Below are positions 20,340-32,399 of a stretch of 64,000 bases of DNA, piece after piece. Each line of letters opens with the position of its first letter. Within the stretch, counting starts at the first letter, position 1. Position numbers and translations under genes: made by a program. The DNA is from Bugula neritina. Its lineage: Eukaryota; Animalia; Bryozoa. Location of the stretch: NCBI GenBank assembly GCA_964035545.1, contig OZ037768.1:15793875-15857874 (forward strand), written 5' to 3'. The notes under the pieces are model-generated. The model searched no databases, was not told the DNA's origin, and was given only the letters and a program-made list of their open reading frames with translations.

Positions 20340-23121
20340 CTAGTAGTAGTGAGCGTTTAGTAGCTGGATACAACTCGCCTTCCTGGTCTCTACTTTGGCA
20401 CTGTGGCGCAACCCACCACCTCCTGGCTCGTTTCTCATTGATTGATTCGTCTTCCTCATCGTCATAAAATAACATATAAGCTGCAGCTGCTAAAATTTGT
20501 TGATCTTTTCTAGCCATTTCACGTGTGAAAAGAATGTATATTATAATAATGCCGATGTATGTTTACTCAGTTTACTATGCTAATGCACGTGAAACTAATC
20601 TTGAATTTTGCGCATGAACCTAAAAGAAAGTTGTATAGACTGAGAGCCATCCGCCAATAAAACGCAAGCAGAAAATTAACCCGGGAAATAAAAATTGCCT
20701 AGAAAATCAGTCGATTTTTCAATCAGCAATAGCGAAATCGAGAAGTACAAAATCGGCTGAAAAAATCAGCGTGTGTACATGTAGCTTAACAGATGACATC
20801 AACTAACCTGTGTGAATAAGACAAGGTGGTGGTCAACAAGCTATAAAAGTCACCTGAATTATAATAAAACAATGAAATACTGTAAACTGTTATTTCACTG
20901 ATCAGCACACCTTTTAAATTACCATTTGTCAAAATGATGGCAGCCTTGAGTATAGAAATTTCATATGATCACCTCCACTTAGCTCTGGTTATTAATAAGA
21001 CTACACATAAAATACATGCTAAATAATAAATGTGTCCATATCACTGGGTTCAGCAATAGCAAGACAAAACATTTATAACTACGATACATTGGTAGCTAGT
21101 CTTGCTAGCTTTTGTATGGAAAGTTGTCTCCTCTTTCTATAATACGTACAATGTTTGTTTCTAGCAATAATTTGCATCTGCATACACTAAAGAAAATAGA
21201 AAATGTACAAAAAGTTATGTTTTTAAAAATGTAATTTTACAAAGAATTTACACTGCAGATTTGCAAAAAACAGTTCCATTTTAATGTAATGTAGCTAACC
21301 ACAGCATTCTTGAGGTTTAAATTCATACATCTCCAAAATACTGGACACAATTTATTTATTAGGAGAATTTTGAGCAAATTCATAGTATTAATTTTGTTAA
21401 CTAAATTCACCTACTGCAATCTTTCTAAACGTTCCTAACAATGTGAACATGTAGTTTATATTATATTTAAAGTGATTCCTGATGTAGATGAACAGCCTCA
21501 AGCTGGCTTTCTATGGAGAATGTCAACCAATGCAATAGGGGGCGTGTATAATGCAGCCTCGGGAGCAGCTGGTATCGGTTACAACAGCACTAAATGGGTT
21601 CTTGGTAAGTTTGGTCACTTGATACTATAGCCAACTAGAGCATTACTTCTTAGCCAACATTTTAACACAGATGAAACATTCATTTTCTGTTGGACTTGCA
21701 GTGGGGAAGGAAGGGGTTAAAATTAAGAGGCTTTCAGCTATTTCTTATCAAAATAATAGTATCCTTTCTGCTCAAGGTATTTGAGCAATGAAAAGGGATG
21801 CTTTTTCAAATGACAACAGACTGATAAAAATATGATGGTGATTAACCCAATACAAATTGGGCAAGTCTTGGAAGGGCATTGAGTATAATCTTGTGAAGGA
21901 CTATTGTGCAGCTGTTGGCATATGACAGCTTTTTCTTTTGGTAAAAAAAGGTAAAATTACTTATAGGAAATAAATGAACAGAAGAATGGAAAGATAAAAC
22001 AATGTAAGCAATGATTACAAGATGTTTAAACTGATTTGAAAGCTCATAGGTTTTCTACTGAGCCTTCGGTTTGTCAGATCTAAAATTATAGTTGCTACTG
22101 AAAGGGAATATTCTGGTGACGAGAGCCACATTGTGAACTTAGGTTTGAGTGAGTGAGGGAGAGAGGGGCCACAGCATCAGTAATTTTCAAATACTTTATT
22201 CCAAATTCTTATACATCATTACACAGTTAAGTCTTTATATAGTTATTGAAGGGAGCAGGTTTTGTAGCATGTATATAAATGAGACATTTAAAAAGGGGGT
22301 CTTTCATTTCTAATTCATATATGTGTAAAAAAATTTATTTGTTATGCCTTTGAGGGCCACATGAATGTAGCGGGCCCGCATCTGGCCCTGGGGCCTTCTT
22401 TTAGGCAGCCCTGTTTTAACACACTATAGTCATACAAACATTATTTGCTTTCCTATCACACATCATGTTTAATAACGATCATAAAAGTCAGTGAACACCC
22501 AGCAGTCTTACTTAGACAGTGTTTACATCAGATCTCGTAAAATGAGTTACTATTGTCAACTTTAAATATAAGACACCATCTGAAACTAGCCATCTGCCAG
22601 CAGATATGATGTCACTAACTGAAGAACACTTCTGAGGATGTGTAGTGCTTCACTGGTTGCAATGCAGGCTGTCCATGTAACAGCTGTTGTTGATTAGAAG
22701 CACTTGATCATTGTTAGTAGCTCTTACTACATTATTGCTGCTTGCAGTTATTAGGCTTATTACTCTCTAGTACTGTCATCAGTATAATGTGTTGAGCAAA
22801 GTTTTAAGTCACAATTGCATCTTGCATTATTTACATGCCTAATTGCATAAGCTATGATATATACATGTATAAATTGACCACTTCCAAAGAACAACAACTG
22901 TTTTCTCTGTCTAAATTATTTTCATGTAAATGTGTATGAGAGGTATTAATAGTAGTTCCATATTATTTCTAGGGAAAGGCGTTGAGATTGGTTCCAATGT
23001 TGCAGTCAAATCCAAAGATTTATCTGGAAACGTTCTTAGTAAAACAGCTGAAGTCGGATCAAACATTGTTGGAGTTATCCCACTTCCAAACAAGCTCAAA
23101 GGGAAAGATAAAAAGGAATGA
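14007..23121 (+). CDS. TMEM263: TMEM263-like small membrane protein (coding exons 14007-14049, 21488-21604, 22973-23121; upstream exon 12096-12164)
   Basis: Phase-consistent GT-AG exons give MTEQ...QAGFLWRMSTNAIGGVYNAASGAAGIGYNSTKWVLGKGVEIG...KLKGKDKKE, resembling TMEM263 (Gly-rich GG...GA...W.GK..E core and KDK.E terminus). Confidence 0.75.
15887..16110. repeat. 59-bp tandem repeat, about 3.7 copies, upstream of the MADF gene
   Basis: AGTTAGCTCCAAGACGGCCGTTTTCTCAACATAAATAT... starting at 15887, 15946, 16005 and about 16067. Confidence 0.9.
16165..17649 (+). CDS. Harbinger MADF/Myb-SANT DNA-binding protein (exons 16165-16359, 16456-16595, 16696-16935, 17216-17350, 17443-17649)
   Basis: FPALWD...YSNK..KKRAW..LA MADF motif, SGAG..YPYYEQMLFL, BESS-like C-terminus. 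All junctions are phase 0 and open. Confidence 0.88.
17794..20517 (-). CDS. Harbinger DDE transposase (exons about 20517-20379, 19355-19107, 19006-18831, 18742-18648, 18536-18259, 18155-17794)
   Basis: NCIGSLDGKHI, NYKG..SIVL, SDEAFPL, FNYRLSRARRIVENSFG motifs. No stop codons in the spliced frame. Confidence 0.92.
20094..20350. repeat. Inverted microsatellite: (TAC)n followed by (TAG)n
   Basis: (TAC)n 20094-20216, ACAC spacer, (TAG)n 20221-20350. The arms are mutually complementary. Confidence 0.92.
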
Positions 23122-24234
23122 CCTACATCAGACTTTCACTCTAATATGCTTCAATAAAATACACAACTGCGTATTATAACATAGTGTATTATCATGCAGA
23201 AAAACTGTCCAGCTGATATCGAAATACATTAGTCTAAGCCACGGTAACATACTTGTTCTAAACCTGTGTAATTGGATGCTTTACAGCAAAACTGTCAATT
23301 GCATTAATGTTTTATTTTATTATATTTCTACAGAAGTTAGGTGCTACATTTTATAATAAGTATTGCAATTAAATTGTTTATTTTAGCCAGATATGTAAAT
23401 TTTTATGATGATAAAATATATAGTGAAAAGAGTTTTTTCTGCTTAGATAACATTTTACTTGCATGAAAGATGACAGAAAATTGGTAAAACCGACTCCTAG
23501 TTTCACCATTTCTACTGGGGAGTGTAGCAGATTGATTGTTTCCAGCGTAAGGAGCTGTTTGAGTTTCTTTTAACTTCCAAGGTTTCTCGCATTGGATTAC
23601 AGGCTGCTATGTCTTATCTTGCTGTGTTTACTATCTCAGCACTAATTGACCATGTCCTCGCCTTTCATTTAGTTTCAAATCATATGCTCTCCTGGTGTCA
23701 CCACTTTGTTTTCTCTGACATTAATAATGCCAAGCTATTCTAGTATATTCTATCAGATCATTCACAACCATCGCATTATTTTTCCATGAGATCTTGCCCA
23801 AAATAGTAGTTGGCATTAAATATACTGATTAATTAAAAAGCCTGTGACAAGGCTGTTCTCATTAACTTGCAAATGAGTTAGACCTGGAATCTCTTCTCTG
23901 GTAAGTATTTTCAGTCATAGTGATTGAGTTAGAACAGCTGAAGAAACTTAAAGCACATTGTTCAAGTAAGCAAATTACAAGCACATAGTTTGTGTAGCAC
24001 CTTCACTTCAATAGATTTTATGGTTTGTATAAAATTAATTAAGCTGGCTAAAATTAATTTGTCTTATTTCATAATCTTACAAAATTTGATATTTTTGTTT
24101 TAGTGAATGTCATATCTATATTTTATAAAAAAAAACATGTTATGTAACCATACAAAATAGTTTGGTGTAAAACTCAATACATTTTCACATTATACAATAT
24201 CATACTGCTCAGAGAGCCAACTGCAGAGCCAGTG

Positions 24235-24235
<1 letters not shown>

Positions 24236-24273
<38 letters not shown>
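24236..24273. repeat. (TA)n microsatellite
   Basis: Direct observation. Confidence 0.9.
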
Positions 24274-24277
<4 letters not shown>

Positions 24278-24301
24278 TTATCAACACTTTGACTTTGATG
24301 G

Positions 24302-25089
24302 TTAGGTTATTGTATTTGTTATTAATATCTGAATTCCACATAGTAAAAAAAGAGAAAAAAGGGATGGAAACTTCAGCGTAGATGTGCTGTTACAACCATC
24401 GGAGTGACAGCAGTATATATTAGCACCTGATACTCTGGTCACAGACTCAACACAGTATCTCGAGCAGCTCCTCTCTATGTACTTTATTGCAGAAAATTCA
24501 TGAGGCTTTATTTCCATTAGCTAAAAAGTTAACATTTAAGATAATTATTTTACTAATATTATAATAATTATATCTCATTGTACATCAGTGAATTTTAACA
24601 ATTTTCTTACAAACAATATTATAATTACATCACAATGTTTCACAAAAAGAACATATTATCCACAGCACACATCAAATATTATCTACAGCACAGTTACTGA
24701 ATAATTTAGGCAAGTTTGAACAAAACAACTGGTACAATAAGGCAAACCTGTCATGTAGGTGTAGATAAAGTGTACATATAAAAACTGAATTACATATTGT
24801 ATTACATTTCACCATAATTTATCCTTTTATATTTCATTATAAGATTATTTTAGGTTATTTTATGCCATATTATAGCATTTTACTTCTTTTAAATTTATTG
24901 TTTAAATAATGCAAACCAAAAGCAAGCTTTCTCATTTAAATACAACTAGAAGCTAATAATGTCTTACAGTGCAGTACTGGTAAGGGGCAGGGCAAGTCAG
25001 TGGCTGCAGGTGGCTGACTTGTTTTTCACATTTTTCATTGTCGCTTAGTGAGGTGCTTGAACATTGATAGCAATGTGTGTTGGCAGAGA
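24302..25089 (-). CDS. Ly6/uPAR three-finger protein, GPI-anchored type (exons 25089-24968, 24520-24302; signal-peptide exon unresolved)
   Basis: CYQC...C...CP...C / SCSRYC...CCHSDGCN (10 Cys) followed by a hydrophobic tail. Confidence 0.85.
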
Positions 25090-25152
25090 CTAACAATGAG
25101 ATGGAGGGAGACATTACATGTGCATATACTAATATGTGCATACTATGTATAT

Positions 25153-25255
25153 AACACACAACACACACACAACACACACACAACACACACAACACACACA
25201 CAACACACACAATACACACACAACACACACAAAACACACACACACACACAACACA
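25153..25255. repeat. Degenerate (CA)n microsatellite
   Basis: Direct observation. Confidence 0.85.
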
Positions 25256-26514
25256 GTGTACATATATGACGGTGTCCAACAACTACAACAACACAAAATT
25301 ATATGCACAAAACCTGCAAGGCATCTAACTGTGTGGTTAGCTGCTGGTCACTGTATAATAAACTGTAACAAATTATTTATTTACCAAAATTGATTTATTA
25401 ATGTAAATAAGCTTTACTTGGTGATAGTGAACAGTGAATTCACTATATTAATAGTCAACATTATGGTATGGTGTTGAGATGTATTTAATTAAACATACCC
25501 ATATCATATATGCAGAACAAAACTTATAAAAGGAAAAATCATAGCATAAGTGGTAAGTGAAAATGCTTTTCAATATTACCACTTGAAGTCCCTTTAACCT
25601 CGCGTTTTAACATGGTTGATTTATTTCATTTACAAGAATATAAAAAACTGCAAAACATAATCTAATGTTATAAGTAAGAGTGGGTTATCTTATTGGCTAC
25701 TTTAAGACTAAACCAAAATAATCATAATGGTTGCCTCTGCATGAAATACGTTGTGGGAAAAAGACATATGCAGGGAATGCAAATGCTGCCTGGATTAAGT
25801 TTCCTTTCAAAGATTTTGTCTCAATAAAAAAGAGTTTAAGAAACTACATAGAAATAGTTCTCTGGCAAGATTGAAATGGAGGTGAAACTTGATTTTGCAT
25901 GTTCCTGAACCTCCTTTTATGTCAATGTTTTGCTTGAGTTTTAAGTTATCTTTTAACTTAAAATGTAGACTAACTATTCTGATGTTGAAAAACACAAATA
26001 AGTGTTGAAATAAATTCTTTTCTAAAATGGTTAAAGTTGCACAATCATCAATGCAATTACCTACAGACCAGTTGTGGCATGCTATGCATAACTCCTCTCC
26101 AATATAAGTTGATTCAGTTATATAAACATTCAATGGCTTTACCTGTTTGAGCTGTGAAAATAATGAGCACAAAGTTTACTGTTACAGAAGTTAGGAGATC
26201 CAACATTTTAGTAATCAAATCTTTAATTTTAAAACTTAACAATACAACAGAGAAAAATCAATTGTAAAAAATGAATGCTTGAAATACTTTAATTGTCAGA
26301 TTTGATTGTTGTTAATGCAAGGTTGTATATTATTATTATAATATTATATATAACTTTTCAATGATGAACAACCAAACCCAATAATTAACACATGATAGTT
26401 ACTTGCTCAGCACAACAAATAGGTTAAAAATTAACATTGCAGTTTGTTGAGGTTTGCTTTGCAATAATTATAGTAATAAGACAATCATTCTCAAAAATAT
26501 GACAGCGGAAACTT

Positions 26515-28070
26515 TTAATCAGAGTTACAATAGTCTTGTTGACAGCAGTACACACTTGCACCTCCTAGAATGCTATGAAAAGTCACACAGTGTTTCGAGC
26601 AAGATCGAGAGATATAGGTCACTGAAGTTGGTTTCAATAGATCATCTATGATCTTTGTAGTCTACAATACAACACTACATAAATGCTTGACCTTGTATAG
26701 TATACTTATAGACGCTGTAACATTTTTGATTCTTGCACTTAATTTTTAAATTGCTACTGTAAATACAACAGTTAAAAGTTCCTCTTTACAACAAATAATT
26801 TTTTAGTTTAATTAAAATTTATAGTTAAGACCTCCATTTTGGTTTTTACAAGCATAGTTAAAATGATCCCATAAACACTCTGTAGTCAAAATCTGGAGTA
26901 AATGTAATGGGTACCCTAAAAATGTTAACAATAATTTTAGTATCTAAGATGTCATGAATTAGCTCTCAAGTTGTTCTGTCTGATAAAGTAGAACATTAAA
27001 GAAAAACAGTGAAGCACTCTTTTGCGCAAGTAAAACTTTTGTATTCGTCCTCTCATTTCAGGGGTCTATATCAATTCTTTTAATGACAAAAGAAACTACA
27101 GAATGCATCAACTATGGAATTCTACTTACTTTCAACTTAATTATTATAGTTAACTAGCATGTTAGTTGGTGATGTCATATAATTTATAAACTGAAGGAAA
27201 TAGGAAATTGGAATAAAGAAGGGTGAGAGCAGAGTCACTACCTTGCAAAAGTCATAGCCGTATGGGCAATCTACAGGTATTACATCATCAGGAATTGCCT
27301 CCCCCGGTTTACATAAGTTGTCATTATCAGTAGATGAGCACTCATAGCACTTTCTTGCTGTAAAATTGATATGTTTTTGAAATATTAGTTTTGTATAAAA
27401 CTATCAAATTGTATGCAACAAAATATTAGGAGTAAGTGACTATAATAAACTCTAATTAATTATATTGAATATATTTTGTTTAGTTATATAATGTACCAAT
27501 GTAATATTATCAAAATTTGCCATTATTGTGTCAGCTAGTATGTATAACTTGGAGGAGTGAGTAGCTAGTTGATAATCATTTTTACAGGCTGCACTTTTTC
27601 TTGAGTTCATCTCCTACTTATATTTCTGCCAGAACCCCAACTTGTAACAACTTGCAAGTTAGCATACGTGGCTACTAGTTGGGTGCGGCTCTACAGGCTA
27701 GCACTTTTAATGACACCAGATTGAGATAGTTTGACATGGAATAGTGGTTTTGGCATACAACCATTCCAAAATTATATTTTCTATAATTTAAATTAAATTC
27801 TAGATTTTCAACCTACATTTTAAAATTAATGACCTGGGTAGATACTGTTAGTGTTGGTATTTAAATTAACCTGCTCACTAGCAAATTCAAGTTTCCTGTA
27901 TTATCTTCCTTCCTTAACACATAATTCCTGCAGTTTATATATGAGCTAATTTATTGCAGTCACTAATAAAATAATTATTACTGATGTTGACTGACTTACT
28001 TACTAGTTGAAGAGCTTTGATGAACAAAACATATAGCAATGATTAGTTTCTGTACTGCTGCCCATGCCAT
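26515..28070 (-). CDS. Ly6/three-finger protein, predicted secreted (exons 28070-28004, 27357-27242, 26661-26515)
   Basis: MAWAAVQKLIIAICFVHQSSST-TRKCYECSSTDNDNLCKPG...CPYGYDFCK-TTK...SCSKHC...YCCQQDYCNSD*. Phases 1 and 0 are consistent; 10 Cys in the domain. Confidence 0.85.
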
Positions 28071-28624
28071 AATCAACAGCAATAATTCTTGAAACCCAAC
28101 AAAAGCTCTGAGCTCAACAATCCCAACATCGTGTAAAGACTATACAGAGTTATCCCAATGAGTGGACATCACATTCCTGATTATATAACTTCTTTGACTG
28201 TTTTGTATTAGTTTGTATCAGTGCTTTGTTGAACTTTAGACCAATTTGAGTTAGTATGCCAACTTAAAAACTTAATGGAAGTATTGGGCACGAAAATGTG
28301 GAGGCATTTTCGACATAAAAAAGACTGTTTATCAATTTTTAGTACAGGGTAAGACTAACAAATTTCGAACAGTCACATCAGGTGCAGATAATTACTGAAA
28401 AATCTGTGAATTTCAAAGCAAAATAAATTCATAGATTGGGCAATATTAGCTACAAGCACAACTTTATTATACAGCAAAATATTTTACAAAAGATTGCAAT
28501 AGCAAATGACAGATTGGTATAAGAAAGAAATCTAGATCAGTTTGGGATGAGTGGACTAAGATGTTAACCATATACACACAGTACTATCTTGAAACATAAT
28601 ATGTTACTTCCAGTGTTAACTTTC

Positions 28625-31279
28625 CTATAACGAATCATTTGCTTTCACACCTGAGTTTGAGTTTGTGGCTGCAGCAACACCTGTGGCTGGCAGGACTGAT
28701 GGAACTGGCGAGGGCTGCACCTTCATGAGAGTTTCTTCAGATTGAGTTATGTTGTTATTGGCTCTGGTTTCATTTTGTAAAGTGGAGAAAGGAATGTCTA
28801 ACGTTTGGTTTTTAGCTTCTGGTAGCTCTTTGGGCTTGGAGATCAAAGAAGGATCTAGATTAGCAGCTCCTGGTAATTGTTTCCTTTCAGCAGTTTTAAC
28901 AAGTTCTGTGATGGTGACCGTGTCTGACAGTTCAAATACAGAAGTGCTGCGAGTGTCAGCGGGTGGTGTCGGTGTGGTGGGTGCCAGTTTATGCTGCTCC
29001 GCTGCTACTGGGTCAAACTGATAGATTGTGTAGAAAACCTTCAATGGCCCTCGCTACAAAATCATTTTGAATAAACAAACCTTTAGGCTACTGCAGCAGC
29101 TGAAAAGTGACAAGACTTGATATCAAGAAATAGCCAGGCAAGTCAAGTGAAACAAAAAAGATAATAATGGTTTGTAGAAGCACAATAACACCTCAATAAC
29201 TGAGCTAGCACTATTTCTATCAGTGGATCATAGCAAACCAATTTGATCGAATTTTGGCGAACAGTTGTGGCTTGCAAGTTAGACTGAGTGGGCTAGGGCA
29301 AGACTTACCCTTCGCCATGTATATATATATGCCACGTCCATGAGAGTATAGTCATCGCTTAGAGATTCATCTGAATGAAACACATCAATCTACAATGTAA
29401 ACAATGCACATAGCTATAGTATAGCATATGTTTTCTCACATCATGCTATATAAAACACGCTGCAAATGCGACTGCTTGAATCAAGCTGCCAAAACTTAGG
29501 ACAAAATATTTTTATAGCAAGAAATTTTAATAAATGGCTAAAAGTCAAAAAAGGTTTTTACTTTTAAACAGGGACCTAAAGCACTCGGTGATTTCAACAT
29601 AAAAAGTTTCCATGAAATAAATGAGAACATTTAGCTGTTGAGAACAACCTCTGTACAAACAAGCCTATACGAAAACACAAACAGCCATGGCACAACCTAT
29701 TATCATACATATTCAACAATTACCAAGAAGTCAAGGGGGAGGTCAAATTTCGCTCTAAGTAGCTTTTTAATGCCAGATACAGTAAATGTGGCTGGACAGC
29801 GCAGATATATAGTGGCAGGTCCGGCAGCCTCCTCAGTACTCGGCTGAATGTGCTTTGCTTCTCCGCTAAAACATTAGTGCTAAGGTTTGTTATATAGAAT
29901 TGGGTGACATTATGAAATATTAACGTTTTTGTCTGAAAAGAAATGTGTACAAAGTGCATGATAGCAGTTGGTGCAGTTCAGCAGCAAAACAAAAGGAGAC
30001 AATGTAATCTCATCATGAAGTCACAGTATTTAGTGGTTAATAATAGCAGCTATAATAAAATATGAAAAACCATTTTGGGCTATGCACTAGGGCCATGCTG
30101 ATACCTACTTTGGGTAATGCACTAGGGCCATGCTGATACCTACTTTGGGTTATGCACTAGGGCCATGCTGATACCTACTTTGGGTAATGCACTGGGGTCA
30201 TACTGATACCTACTTTGGGTTATGTACTAGGGCCATACTGATACCTACTTTGGGCTATGCACTAAGGCCATACTGATAGAGTCATCTTCAGCTAGTATTT
30301 CCCGGTCATCCTTCACTTCCCCCCTCTCTTCACTGTTACCTTCACCATTTACATCTGCAAAAATAAAATTCTAGTTAATGGAAATGGTGAAATGTAGATT
30401 ATATCGCACTAAACTCTAAGTGTATACTGAGTAGCATAGGAATGTATATTAGTAGCAGCATGTCTTTCTTTTTAGTACGGTAAATGTGTTGAATATTTTA
30501 GCATAAGCACCTGCATATAACATGAGTGGGTGCTTCAAATCAACAATAAAACACACTAAATATATGAAAGCATAGGTAAAAGCCACAAAGGCGGTATTTA
30601 ATGAGCATCAAGTAAATACCAGGATCAGGGTGGTCAGAGTAGAACTCTCTCCTTCGCTCCATTTCTTTACCAAACACCCCTGGAACTAGCTTGTAAACTA
30701 GATCTTGAATTGTTTGATCATGCCTAAAATACATCACATCACAAAGTGTGACAAAAGGAGACATGATTTCAGAAACAATGCAATTCTTTAAATTTGATGT
30801 ATCATAGATTGAAACACCTTACAAGTTTGGTATGGCTTGAATATAACTTTTGTGAGCTGAGATAACACGGCAGTTACCCAAGATTTGACTGATGAAGTCA
30901 TACTGTTGTAGTGTAGCACATACCTAATCATTTCGAGAGGTCTGGTCTTGTGTATAACAACATCACATATAGGACACGTACAGTGCTGGTAAAGATGCTT
31001 CACAATGCATGTCTTGCAAACTAAAACAATTCAAACTAGCATGAAAACCCAGGAAACGATGAAAAACGGTGAAAACTGCAAAAGTTGATCTTTTCAATCT
31101 CTGAAACAACCAAGTATTGAAATGCATAACAAGAAAATATTATGACCATCACATTGAGTCTACTCACATGTATGTAGACAATCTTGCGCAGTACACGGAT
31201 CAATAAAATAACCATTACACAGCTTGCAAACAAGATAAGGAGTAACTTCAGCAAGCTTCAATTTACTGACTCGGTGCAT
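28625..31279 (-). CDS. BMI1: Polycomb group RING finger protein, BMI1/PCGF2/4-like (exons 31279-31168, 31020-30924, 30723-30620, 30354-30249, 29865-29724, 29389-29309, 29053-28625)
   Basis: MHR...[10 protein letters not shown]...CLHTFCKTCIV...[35 protein letters not shown]; RAWUL region YLRCPA and [14 protein letters not shown]. Confidence 0.93.
30074..30277. repeat. 35-bp minisatellite, about 6 copies, spanning the BMI1 exon 4/intron 4 junction
   Basis: Unit TTTGGG(T/C)(A/T)ATGCACTAGGGCCATGCTGATACCTAC. Confidence 0.93.
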
Positions 31280-32399
31280 ATTGTGTAACACTCAAGTAGG
31301 AAACCTGAAATTTATAGTTGAGCAGTAAAACTTATTTACTAAATGATTTCTAAATTGAGTTTGGCTAGAAAAGAGTGTAGCTAGGTAAAAATGAATGAAA
31401 TATTTTAGGATAAGTTAAACTTTAGTTTAAATTAACTATGAATGCTGGGGGCATCTAAAATTAATTCAGAGAGTATTTATGTCCTCAAATAAAGATTTTA
31501 GCAAACCAACTTATGTGCCGAAATTGTGTGCAGTGACACTACCCACTTTTCGCAAAATATTCTTTATGCAACTAGCCTACCAATTAAAAACTGCCAGAAC
31601 TTGCTAGTGTGAAACTAATTGCAACCCTAAAAATAAAACAAAACAAAAATAAAATTATCGTCAATTATAATATTCAACTAGGTATTCTGAAATCTGCCAT
31701 TATAGTTATAAACCAATGCAGAAAGTAAGAACAAACAAAATTGCTTGGGTTGTCACAACAACATACCTAGGTGTGGGCATTAGTGCTGAATTTGATTAGC
31801 ATTAGCACTAAAAAAGATAGAGCTTCAAAAGTTTTCAAATCAATTAATATTATGATTCTTGAAATATAAAATAAAGCTAGACTTTATCATAATCATAGCT
31901 GTATGAACTATAAAATATAAGGATCAGGATGAGATAGTAATTAATGATTAAGGTACAAAGCTTGTTGAAGGCATTCTTGACAAAAAGTCATTAGATCAGT
32001 AAGCTTTTCAATTATTATCATTGTTAATTTTGCGATAGAAATAATCACTATCATTATAGTACTGCAATAATGATGATGATAATTACTAATACGAATACCA
32101 CGATTCATAGGCAACGTAAATATAAAGTTGAATAAACAGCACGATGAATAGGCGCAATTAATACAGTTATATTAATAATTATATTAATAACGATAATCAT
32201 AATTGATAATAATTGAGCCAAGTTAAAATTAAGTTTTTGTTTGTATTCTTTCGAGTTACACTTACTGCTAATTTAATCAATATTGCATAACAATAAATAT
32301 GATAATTATAATAAACATTAAAATCAGTTATAACATCAACTGCTATGAAACTGAAAAAAACTATCAGTAGAAGCATGGGCATCAGTATCACCATCGAAA

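Larger units (their letters stand above)
15344..20786. mobile_element. Autonomous PIF/Harbinger DNA transposon in a TMEM263 intron
   Basis: Perfect 15-bp TIR AGCTACATGTACACA, TAA target duplication (15341-43 and 20787-89), convergent MADF and transposase genes. Confidence 0.95.

Noticed and set aside
20068-20467. Poly-Leu/poly-Ser ORFs
   Set aside because: Translations of the microsatellite. Only the first 46 or so codons of the minus ORF are transposase exon 1.
25260-26172. Candidate signal-peptide exon or third Ly6 gene
   Set aside because: No candidate gave both a signal peptide and a phase-1 donor, and there is no LU cysteine pattern.
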